The notes under the pieces were generated by a model, which was not told the origin of the DNA, did no database searches, and saw only the letters and a program-made list of their open reading frames with translations. A stretch of DNA of 14,234 bases from Armatimonadota bacterium (GTDB lineage: Bacteria; Sysuimicrobiota; Sysuimicrobiia; Sysuimicrobiales; Kaftiobacteriaceae). The translations under genes were made by a program, and so were the position numbers. The stretch lies in assembly GCA_037440005.1 (NCBI GenBank), contig JBBIUY010000050.1:1-14234 (forward strand), read 5' to 3'. How positions within the stretch are numbered: the stretch's first letter is position 1; the number at the start of each line of letters is the position of its first letter. Below are positions 6,917 through 14,234 of the stretch, one piece after another.

Positions 6917-7861
6917 ATGGACATCGCCATCATGGTCGAGGGCCAGAACGGCCTGACCTGGGACCGCTGGAAGGCACTGGCCCGGGCGGTGGAGGACCTG
7001 GGGTTTTGCGGGCTGTACCGCTCCGACCACTTCACCAACCCCGCCCCGCCGGACCGGGACTCCCTGGAGCTGTGGATCTCGCTGGCCTGGCTGGCGACCC
7101 ACACCTCCCGCATCGCGTTCGGGCCGCTGGTCACGCCGTGCTCCTTCCGCCACCCGGTCCACACCGCGCGCATGGCGGCGGCGGTGGACGACCTGTCCGG
7201 CGGGCGGCTGACCCTGGGGATGGGAGCGGGGTGGCAGGAGCGCGAGCACGTCCTGTTCGGCTTCCCCCTGCTGGACCTGCGGGAACGGTTCGCCCGGTTT
7301 GAGGAGTCCCTGGAGGTGGCGACCTGCCTGCTGCGCTCCGACGAGCCGGTGACGTTTGCGGGCCGGTACTACCGCCTGCAGGGCGCGCTGCTGCTGCCGC
7401 GGCCCCGCCGGCCCGGCGGCCCTCCCATCCTGGTGGGAGGCAACGGAGCTCGCAGGACTTTGCCGCTGGCCGCCCGGTACGCCGCCGAGTGGAACGCCAC
7501 CTTTCAGACGCCCGAGTCGTTCGGCGCGCTGTCGCGCCGGCTGGACGGGCTGCTGCGGGCGCAGGGCCGCGATCCGTCCTCCGTGCGCCGGTCGCTGATG
7601 ACGGGGGTGGTCTTCGGGTCCACCGAGGGCGAAGTGCGGCGGAAGCTGGAGCAGAGGGGACGTACTGTTGAGCAGCTGCGCGACCGAGGCGTGGTGGTGG
7701 GGACGCCGGCGGAGGTGGTGGACCAGCTGACGGCGTTCGCGCGGGCGGGGGTGCAGCGCGTCATGCTGCAGTGGCTGGACCTGGACGACCTGCAGGGGCT
7801 GGAGGCCCTCGCCGGCGCGGTGCTGCCCCACTTCCCCCCGTCCGGTCCGGCCGGGAGGTGA
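6917..7861 (+). CDS. LLM-class (luciferase-like) oxidoreductase, probably F420-dependent
   Basis: MDIAIMVEGQNG, LYRSDHF, FGPLVTPCSFRHP, VDDLSGGRLTLGMGAGWQEREH, ILVGGNG..RTLPLAARYAAEWN. Confidence 0.92.
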   Translation: MDIAIMVEGQNGLTWDRWKALARAVEDLGFCGLYRSDHFTNPAPPDRDSLELWISLAWLATHTSRIAFGPLVTPCSFRHPVHTARMAAAVDDLSGGRLTLGMGAGWQEREHVLFGFPLLDLRERFARFEESLEVATCLLRSDEPVTFAGRYYRLQGALLLPRPRRPGGPPILVGGNGARRTLPLAARYAAEWNATFQTPESFGALSRRLDGLLRAQGRDPSSVRRSLMTGVVFGSTEGEVRRKLEQRGRTVEQLRDRGVVVGTPAEVVDQLTAFARAGVQRVMLQWLDLDDLQGLEALAGAVLPHFPPSGPAGR

Positions 7862-7868
7862 CCGTCTC

Positions 7869-8846
7869 GTGAGGCTGCTGGCCAGCGTGGTCCTGATCGG
7901 GGTCGCCCTGGCGGTGCCGGGGGCCGGCCGCGCGGCCGCCCCCCTCCGCCACCAGCTCCGCGAGTACCCGGTGCCGGAGGGGTCGCGGCCCCACGACGTC
8001 GCCCCGGCGCCCGACGGAGGCGTGTGGTATACCGCCCAGGGGTCGGGAGACCTGGGCTACCTGGACCCGACCACCGGCCGCACCCGCCACGTCCCGCTGG
8101 GGGAGGGGTCCGCCCCCCACGGCGTCATCGTGGGCCCCGACGGCGCCCCGTGGGTGACCGACGGGGGACTGAACGCCATCGTCCGCGTGGACCCGCAGAC
8201 GCACCAGGTGCGGCGGTTCCCGCTGCCCGCGGGGCGGGGGTGGGCGAACCTCAACACCGCGACCTTCGACCGGGCGGGCCGGCTGTGGTTCACGGGGCAG
8301 AGCGGCGTCTACGGCCGCCTGGATCCGGCCACAGGGCGCCTGGAGGTGTTCGACGCGCCCCGCGGCCGCGGGCCGTACGGCATCTGCACCGCGCCGGACG
8401 GGTCAGTGTACTTCGCGTCTCTGGCCGGCAGTTACGTGGGGAGGATCGACACCACCACCGGCGCGGTGACGATCCTGGAGCCCCCCACGCCCCGCCAGGG
8501 GGCGCGGCGGGTGTGGGCGGACTCCCGGAGCCGCATCTGGGTCAGCGAGTGGAACGCCGGCCAGCTGGCGGTGTACGATCCCGCCTCGGGCCGGTGGCGC
8601 GAGTGGCGCCTGCCCGGGGCACGCCCGCTGCCCTACGCCGTCTACGGGGACGACCAGGACATGGTGTGGGTGAGCGACTTCGGCGCCAACGCCCTGGTGC
8701 GCTTTGACCCCGGCCGGGAAGAGTTTGAGGCGGTCCCGTTGCCCGCCCCCAACGCCGCCGTCCGCCAGCTGCTGGGCCGGCCGAGCGAGGTGTGGGGCGC
8801 CGAGTCCGGGGCGGACAGGCTCGTGGTCGTCCGCCGCCCGCCGTGA
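7869..8846 (+). CDS. Exported Vgb (virginiamycin B lyase)-like beta-propeller protein
   Basis: GGAGGT RBS; GTG start; signal peptide; repeated blades (PHDVAPAPDGGVWYT, PHGVIVGPDGAPWVT, PYGICTAPDGSVYF, VWVSDFGAN). Confidence 0.88.
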   Translation: MRLLASVVLIGVALAVPGAGRAAAPLRHQLREYPVPEGSRPHDVAPAPDGGVWYTAQGSGDLGYLDPTTGRTRHVPLGEGSAPHGVIVGPDGAPWVTDGGLNAIVRVDPQTHQVRRFPLPAGRGWANLNTATFDRAGRLWFTGQSGVYGRLDPATGRLEVFDAPRGRGPYGICTAPDGSVYFASLAGSYVGRIDTTTGAVTILEPPTPRQGARRVWADSRSRIWVSEWNAGQLAVYDPASGRWREWRLPGARPLPYAVYGDDQDMVWVSDFGANALVRFDPGREEFEAVPLPAPNAAVRQLLGRPSEVWGAESGADRLVVVRRPP

Positions 8847-8894
8847 GCGTCCGATACGCCCCCGCCCGCCGGGGCTCTCCGGTCCCGCTGGCCC

Positions 8895-9545
8895 GTGTCT
8901 GACCTGCTGCCCGTGGCGTTGACCTGGTGGCTGGTGAGCCTGTCCGGGATCCTGATGCCCGGACCGGTGACGGCCATGGCCGTCAGCCAGGGCGCGCGGC
9001 TGGGCGGGGTGGCCGGACCGCTGGTGACCGCGGGCCACGCCATCGCCGAAGGGTGCCTGGTCGTGGTGCTGGCCGTGGGCCTGGGGCCTGCGCTGCAGCA
9101 CCCCCGCGTCGTGGGCGCCGTCGGGCTGCTGGGCGGAGCGGTGCTGCTGTGGATGGGCGGACGGATGGTCCGCGCGGCGTGGGAGGACCCGCAGGCGCCG
9201 CAGCGGGCCGCCGCCGGCGCGGCCCTGCGCCCGGCGGAGCTGGTGCGGGCGGGGGTGGTCACCACGGTGGCCAACCCCTACTGGCTGCTGTGGTGGGCGA
9301 CGGTGGGGACCGGTTACTACGCCCTGTTCCGCGCCCGCGGAACAGCCGCGGTGGTGGGGCTGTTCTTTGCGGGCCACATCGCTCTCGACCTGGCGTGGAA
9401 CAGCGTCCTGGCCGGGGTGGTGGGGGCCGGCCGGGGCCGGGTGCCGCCGGGGATCTACCGGGCGTTGCTGGCGGGGTGCGGCGCCCTGGTCGTGGCGATG
9501 AGCGTCGCGTTTGCGGCGGCGGGAGTGCGGGCGCTCGCCCCCTGA
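8895..9545 (+). CDS. LysE family translocator
   Basis: SGILMPGPVTA, GPLVTAGHA..E, ANPYWLLWW; about six hydrophobic segments. Confidence 0.9.
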   Translation: MSDLLPVALTWWLVSLSGILMPGPVTAMAVSQGARLGGVAGPLVTAGHAIAEGCLVVVLAVGLGPALQHPRVVGAVGLLGGAVLLWMGGRMVRAAWEDPQAPQRAAAGAALRPAELVRAGVVTTVANPYWLLWWATVGTGYYALFRARGTAAVVGLFFAGHIALDLAWNSVLAGVVGAGRGRVPPGIYRALLAGCGALVVAMSVAFAAAGVRALAP

Positions 9546-9642
9546 AACCGCCACTCCATGGCGCGGACGCGCGGTCGCCCCCGTTCATCGCGCACCCGGC
9601 TCCGGTGCGGTGCGGCACCGTGCCGTCGGGCGGCAGAGGCGA

Positions 9643-10605
9643 TTAGGTGGCCAGAGGGAACGCGCGGAACCAGGCGGCGGCCAGACCGGCGGCCAGCAGG
9701 ACGGCGGCCAGGGCGGCAAGCGCGGCTCCCACCTCCGTGGGGCGGCGCTCCCATCCCAGGGACCGGGCCAGCCGGCGGTACACGTCACGCAGCCCGTGGG
9801 CCGACGACGCGTGGAAGTAGGCTCCGCCGGTGTGGGCGGCGATCGCCTGCAGGGTCTCCTCGTCGATGCCGCCGCCGATGGCCCACGCGCCCGGAGCGGG
9901 GATCCGTTCGCCCACGCCCACCGTGTACACCGTCACCTGCTGGGCGGATGCCACCCCGACCGCCTCCAGAGGGTCGGTGCCCGCGTTGTTGCGTCCGTCG
10001 GTGAGCAGCACGACGGCGCCGGGAGGGAACGGTCCGGGAGGCGGAACCCAGGGCTGCCCGGGCAGCGGCCGGGTGCGCCCCGGCAGCGCCGCCACCGCTT
10101 CCAGCAGGCCTTCCCCGATGGCCGTGCGCCGGGCGGTCCCCATGCCGTCGATGAGGGCCATCAGGCGGTCGCGGTCGGTGCCCGGGGGAGCCAGCACGAC
10201 CGCGTACCCGGCGAACGCCACCAGGCCCACGGGCACCCCGCGCGGCAGCGCGCGCAGGAAGTCCCTGGCGGCGGCCTTCGCCGCCTCCAGCCGCGAGGGC
10301 GCGATGTCCGTGGACCGCATGCTGCCGCTGACGTCTATGGCCAGCACGATGACCGACCGATCGGCCGGGACGGGCAGAGGGGCGACGGGACGCGCGGCGG
10401 CCAGCAGGGTGGCCAGCGCCGCGGCGCCGAACAGAATGGCGGGGACGTGGCGGCCGCGGGCGGCCTGCGCCGCCTGCCGGGCGCGGGTCAGCGTGGACAG
10501 CAGGACCGGATGGCGGGCCGGGCGGCGCAGCAGGCGCAGGTAGACGGCCGCCCCCGCGGCGAGCAGGGGCAGGGCCCACAGGACGGTCGGCCAGCGAAAG
10601 GCCAT
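9643..10605 (-). CDS. VWA domain membrane protein (BatA-like)
   Basis: N-terminal F.WP..LW.L BatA-like TM segment; MIDAS DVSGS, T (RTAIGEG), D (LLTDGRNN); IDEETLQAIA..TGG.YF; C-terminal TM helix. Confidence 0.92.
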   Translation of the reverse strand: MAFRWPTVLWALPLLAAGAAVYLRLLRRPARHPVLLSTLTRARQAAQAARGRHVPAILFGAAALATLLAAARPVAPLPVPADRSVIVLAIDVSGSMRSTDIAPSRLEAAKAAARDFLRALPRGVPVGLVAFAGYAVVLAPPGTDRDRLMALIDGMGTARRTAIGEGLLEAVAALPGRTRPLPGQPWVPPPGPFPPGAVVLLTDGRNNAGTDPLEAVGVASAQQVTVYTVGVGERIPAPGAWAIGGGIDEETLQAIAAHTGGAYFHASSAHGLRDVYRRLARSLGWERRPTEVGAALAALAAVLLAAGLAAAWFRAFPLAT

Positions 10606-10772
10606 GGCGTCACTTCAGCCCATGTTCGGGGAGGGAGGAGGACGTCCCTGCCGGGTGGGGAACCCCGGCAGCCGGTCGGCCGTTGTGCAGGATCGGGGAG
10701 GCGGCGGGCGGAGGTCGGGCCGGGCGTGGAGAACTGTGTGGTGCGATGACACGTCGGACTGACCGTCTCCCC

Positions 10773-11261
10773 ATGCGCTTTCGGATCCGCCCTGCGCTTG
10801 CCTCCCGCACCGCCGTCCGCCTGGGCCTGCCCCTGCTGGCGGTGGCGGCCACCAGCGTCGTCCTGGCCCTGGTGTCGCGTCCCAGCCACCCCCGGCCGGG
10901 AGAGCATTGGCGGGCGCGGTACCTGATCGTGATCTGCGGGCGGCCGGTGGCGGACCTGCCGCGCACCACCGGACCCGTGTACACCGACGGCGATGGGGTG
11001 ATCCACGTGGCGCCGCGCACGGAGGCCGAAGGGGGCTCCCGCGCGACCCTGGGGCGCTTTTTCGCCTCGGCGGGCATGCGTTTCTCGCGGGACGAAATCG
11101 TCCTCCCCGACGGCACCGCGTACCGGTCGGGCGACCGCTGCCCCGACGGGTCTGTAGGACAGGTCCGCCTGCTGGTCAACGGCCGCCCTTCCGCCGCCTT
11201 CGAACGCTATGTCCCGCAGGACGGGGATGCCATCGTCGTCCAGTTCGGCTCCGGCCAGTAG
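10773..11261 (+). CDS. Membrane-anchored/exported conserved hypothetical protein at the head of the copper cluster
   Basis: N-terminal hydrophobic anchor, then EHWRARYLIVICG, DGDGVIHVAP, ATLGRFF, GDRCPDG, VNG, YVPQDGDAIVVQF. Start could be ATG 10746 or 10773. Confidence 0.72.
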   Translation: MRFRIRPALASRTAVRLGLPLLAVAATSVVLALVSRPSHPRPGEHWRARYLIVICGRPVADLPRTTGPVYTDGDGVIHVAPRTEAEGGSRATLGRFFASAGMRFSRDEIVLPDGTAYRSGDRCPDGSVGQVRLLVNGRPSAAFERYVPQDGDAIVVQFGSGQ

Positions 11262-11426
11262 GACGAAGTGTCCGCCGATGGTGCGGCGCGGTCGTCGGAG
11301 TTCCCCCACGGCATCCCTTCCCGCCCCGGCGACCGCTGTCCGAACGGCCGGTCCGGCGACGCGTTCGACACATACGTGCCGCAGGATGGAGATACCATCG
11401 TGGTGCGTTTCGCTCCGGCGGATTAG
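11262..11426 (+). pseudogene. Diverged partial duplicate of the 3' end of the upstream gene (possible 52-aa ORF from GTG 11268)
   Basis: The same frame after TAG 11259-11261 reads DEVSADGAARSSEFPHGIPSRPGDRCPNGRSGDAFDTYVPQDGDTIVVRFAPAD*, paralogous to LPDGTAYRSGDRCPDG...NGRPSAAFERYVPQDGDAIVVQFGSGQ*. Confidence 0.7.
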
Positions 11427-11438
11427 GGGAGGGAGACA

Positions 11439-11810
11439 ATGAGGACGGCACGCCTGGGCGCCGCGGTGCTGGCCGCGCTCGCCCTGGCCGGGACGGCCGC
11501 GGCCCACGCCCGCCTGCTGCGCTCCGAGCCGGCGGCCGGGGCGGTCCTGCGCACCGCGCCCCGTGAGGTGCGGGCGTGGTTCAGCGACGAGCTCGACTCC
11601 GACCGCAGCGGCCTGAGCGTGTGGGACGACCGGGGCCGGCAGGTGGACGACGGCCGGGGCGGGGTGGACCTGACGGATCTGGACCGCCGGTCCATGGTGG
11701 CCCGCCTGCGCCCGATCGGCCCCGGCACCTACACCGTCCGCTGGCGGGCGGTGTCGGCCGACGACGGGTTTGTGGCCGAAGGCCGGTTCCGGTTCACCAT
11801 CAGGCGCTGA
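11439..11810 (+). CDS. copC: CopC family periplasmic copper-binding protein
   Basis: GGAG RBS; signal peptide ending AAA-H; mature N-terminal HARLLRSEPAAG; FSDEL; GTYTVRWRAVSADDG..EGRFRF. Confidence 0.9.
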   Translation: MRTARLGAAVLAALALAGTAAAHARLLRSEPAAGAVLRTAPREVRAWFSDELDSDRSGLSVWDDRGRQVDDGRGGVDLTDLDRRSMVARLRPIGPGTYTVRWRAVSADDGFVAEGRFRFTIRR

Positions 11811-11811
11811 G

Positions 11812-14172
11812 ATGGCTCGCTCGCGCTGGACAGCGGTGGCGATCGCAGCGGCGGCGGTGCTGGGCGCCGCGTCGTCCGCCTCAGCCCACGCCGTGCTGGC
11901 GCGTTCCGCCCCGCCCGCCGGAGCCTCCCTGTCGGCCGCGCCTGCGGCGGTCATCCTGGAGTTCTCCGAGCCGGTGGCGCCGGGGCTCAGCACTGCCACG
12001 GTGACCGACGGCACCGGAGCCGTCGTGTCCACCGCGTCCAGCCTGTCGGCCGACCGGCGGACCCTCACCGTGTCGCTGCACCCGCTCCGGCAGGGCGTGT
12101 ACACGGTCCGGTGGAGGGTTCTGTCCACCGCCGACGGCCACGCCACCACGGGCTTCTTCCTGTTTGCGGTGGGCCAGCCCCTGGGCCGGACGGCCGGCGG
12201 GGGGACCGCGGCGGCTCCGCCCTCGCCGGCTCAGGTGGCCCTCCGGTGGGTCAACTTCAGCGCCGCCATCTTCCTGGCCGGCCTCGCCCTGTTTTCCGTC
12301 GCCATGCTCCGCCCGTCTCTGGCGCACCTGGACCCGCCCGCAGCCGTCCACGCATCCGACGCCGTCCGCGCGCTGCGCCGGGCGGAGGTCGCCGCCGCCG
12401 CGGTCCTGGCGGCCGGGACGGTGGGGGAGTTCGTGCTGCAGGCCTCCGCCCTGCTGGACGCCCCGCCTCTGGCGGTGTGGCGGACGGGCCTGGGGTGGAC
12501 GATGCTGGGCGGCACCAAGACCGGCTGGAGCGTGCTGGTGCGGCTGGCCGGCGCGGCCATGCTGCTGGTGCCGCCCACGGCGTCGGGGCGGCTGTTCCGG
12601 GTGGCGCTGGTGCTGTGGTGTGCGATCGTCGGCGCGGTCACCGCGCTGTTCGGAGGCCCGGCAGCGCTGGCGGGGTCGTCCCACCTGCCGGTGGTGGTCC
12701 TGGTGGCGGTCGTCTACGGCCTGCTGGGCGCCGCCGCGGCGGTGGTGATCCCCCTGGTGCCCGGCGTCCGGGTGCCGGCGCTGTGGGCGTCGGGTCCTCT
12801 GGCCGCCGGGGCGATCCTGGCAGGGATGACCGTCAACTCTCACGCCGCCGCGGTGGGCCTGGCCGCCTCCGCGGTGGACTGGGTTCACCTGGCCGCCGCC
12901 GGCGCGTGGGTCGGAGGGCTGCCCGCGCTGTGGCTGGCGGTGCGGGTGACGCATCCGTCCGCTCGTCCGGCGCTGGCCGCGGCGCTGGTCCCGCGCTTTT
13001 CCCGGCTGGCGGGGGCGAGCCTGCTCGTGCTGGTCGTCACGGGGGCGTACAGCGCCCTGGTCCACGTGCCGGCCGTGCGGGCGCTGGCGGTGACGCCCTA
13101 CGGGAGGCTGCTGGCAGCCAAGCTGGTCTTTGTGCTCGGGGCCGCCGCCCTGGGCGCCTACAACCGGCTCGTCCTGCGCCCCCGGCTGGCCGCGCACGAA
13201 GGCGAGCGCGCCGTGCGCTCATTCTTGCGGACCGTCGCCGGCGAGATCTCCCTGGGGGCGGCGGTCCTGCTGGTGGTCGCGGCGCTGACCATCACCCCGC
13301 CGGCCTCGGTGACCCTGCCGGCGGCGCCGCGGCAGCCCCCGCTCGCCCTGGCCGGGATGGCGGGGCCGTTCCGGGTGGATCTGACCGTCATCCCCGCTCA
13401 GCCGGGGTGGAACCGCCTGGAGGCCGTCGTGCGCGGTCCCGAAGGGCCTCTGGACCCCCTCTCCGCACGGGTCCTGGTGCGGGCGCTGAAGCTGGACGAG
13501 GACGTCAGTCCCCTGACCATCACCCTGCAGCCTCAGGGAGGTCGGTTCGTGGCCGAAGGCGGCGAGCTGGGCCTGGCGGGGGTCTGGGAGCTGCAGGTGG
13601 TCGTCCGCCGCCGGGGTGTCCGCGACGAGACCACCACGTTCCCGCTGCTCCTGGGATCCGTACCGAACCGCCCGTCGGACCCGCAGGCCCTGCGTGCGCT
13701 GGAGCAGGCGCTCCAGGCGGCTTCCCGGGTGCGGACCTGGCGGGAGCGGGAGCAGATCGCCGACGGGGTGGGGGGCGTGGCGGTGACTGAGCTGGACCTG
13801 GTCCGGCCCGACCGCCTGCGCTTCCGCACCGGCGGTGGCAACGAGGCCGTCATCATCGGCTCCACCCGCTATTTCCGCACCGCCGGCGGGCCGTGGGAGA
13901 AAGACACCCTCCCCAGCCCGGTCAGCCTGCAGGGGCCGTTTGCCACCTACCTGCAGGAGCCCCAGGGGACCGTCCTGGGACGCCCGGGACGCTGCGGGGA
14001 CGAGTCCTGCCGGGCGGTCCTGTGGCGGTCGCCGGGCGGGACCGCCGTCTTCGCGGCCTGGGTGGGGGAGAAGACCTACCGGGTGTACAGGCTGCTGATG
14101 GTGGCCCTCGCCCACTACATGACCACCGAAGCCTACGACCACGACGCGCCCCTGCGGATCGCGCCGCCCTAG
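11812..14172 (+). CDS. CopC-CopD fusion (YcnJ/CutJ-like copper transport protein) with additional C-terminal soluble domains
   Basis: Signal peptide, then CopC (HAVLARSAP, FSEPV, YTVRWRVLSTADGH); multi-TM CopD (SHAAA, DWVHLAAAGAWVGGL, RFSRLA, TPYGRLLAAK, E..LG); then an Ig-like domain and a beta-rich terminal domain. Start re-set to ATG 11812, 1 nt after the copC stop. Confidence 0.9.
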   Translation: MARSRWTAVAIAAAAVLGAASSASAHAVLARSAPPAGASLSAAPAAVILEFSEPVAPGLSTATVTDGTGAVVSTASSLSADRRTLTVSLHPLRQGVYTVRWRVLSTADGHATTGFFLFAVGQPLGRTAGGGTAAAPPSPAQVALRWVNFSAAIFLAGLALFSVAMLRPSLAHLDPPAAVHASDAVRALRRAEVAAAAVLAAGTVGEFVLQASALLDAPPLAVWRTGLGWTMLGGTKTGWSVLVRLAGAAMLLVPPTASGRLFRVALVLWCAIVGAVTALFGGPAALAGSSHLPVVVLVAVVYGLLGAAAAVVIPLVPGVRVPALWASGPLAAGAILAGMTVNSHAAAVGLAASAVDWVHLAAAGAWVGGLPALWLAVRVTHPSARPALAAALVPRFSRLAGASLLVLVVTGAYSALVHVPAVRALAVTPYGRLLAAKLVFVLGAAALGAYNRLVLRPRLAAHEGERAVRSFLRTVAGEISLGAAVLLVVAALTITPPASVTLPAAPRQPPLALAGMAGPFRVDLTVIPAQPGWNRLEAVVRGPEGPLDPLSARVLVRALKLDEDVSPLTITLQPQGGRFVAEGGELGLAGVWELQVVVRRRGVRDETTTFPLLLGSVPNRPSDPQALRALEQALQAASRVRTWREREQIADGVGGVAVTELDLVRPDRLRFRTGGGNEAVIIGSTRYFRTAGGPWEKDTLPSPVSLQGPFATYLQEPQGTVLGRPGRCGDESCRAVLWRSPGGTAVFAAWVGEKTYRVYRLLMVALAHYMTTEAYDHDAPLRIAPP

Positions 14173-14234
14173 CGTGTCTTGTTTGGATGTAGTGTTTGCA
14201 CTTGGGAGCCTCCCCCAAGGAAAGGGAGGAGGGC

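Noticed and set aside
7869..8846. vgb antibiotic-resistance gene call
   Set aside because: The signal peptide and missing canonical catalytic motif argue for a Vgb-like family member only.
9546..9642. GC-rich inverted repeats between the convergent LysE and VWA genes as an intrinsic terminator
   Set aside because: Short stems are present but there is no U-tract on either strand; such stems arise easily at this GC content.
11259..11261. Pyrrolysine recoding of the TAG
   Set aside because: No pyl genes in the window, and TAG serves as an ordinary stop for several other genes here.
10488..14142. Long ORFs 10488-12149 -, 11881-13197 -, 12111-13790 +, 13219-14142 -
   Set aside because: Antisense or out-of-frame shadows of the cop cluster with no recognisable motifs.

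Overview
Very GC-rich bacterial window. It opens on what appears to be the trailer end of a CRISPR array: two 37-bp repeats and a 44-nt spacer, with a type III-like ATTGCGAC 3' end and no cas genes in the window. On the + strand follow an outer-membrane beta-barrel-like gene, an internally deleted peroxiredoxin remnant, and an endonuclease V homologue lacking most catalytic residues that abuts a THEP1-type NTPase. On the - strand are an M48 peptidase, a Roadblock/LC7 fusion protein and a DUF3048 lipoprotein. Next come a + strand VOC / LLM oxidoreductase / Vgb-like / LysE cluster and a lone VWA gene. The window ends in a copper-handling cluster: an exported protein with an in-frame duplicated tail after its amber stop, a CopC lacking its second His, and a large CopC-CopD fusion with two extra C-terminal domains. 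All family calls come from motif recognition by eye, not from database searches.
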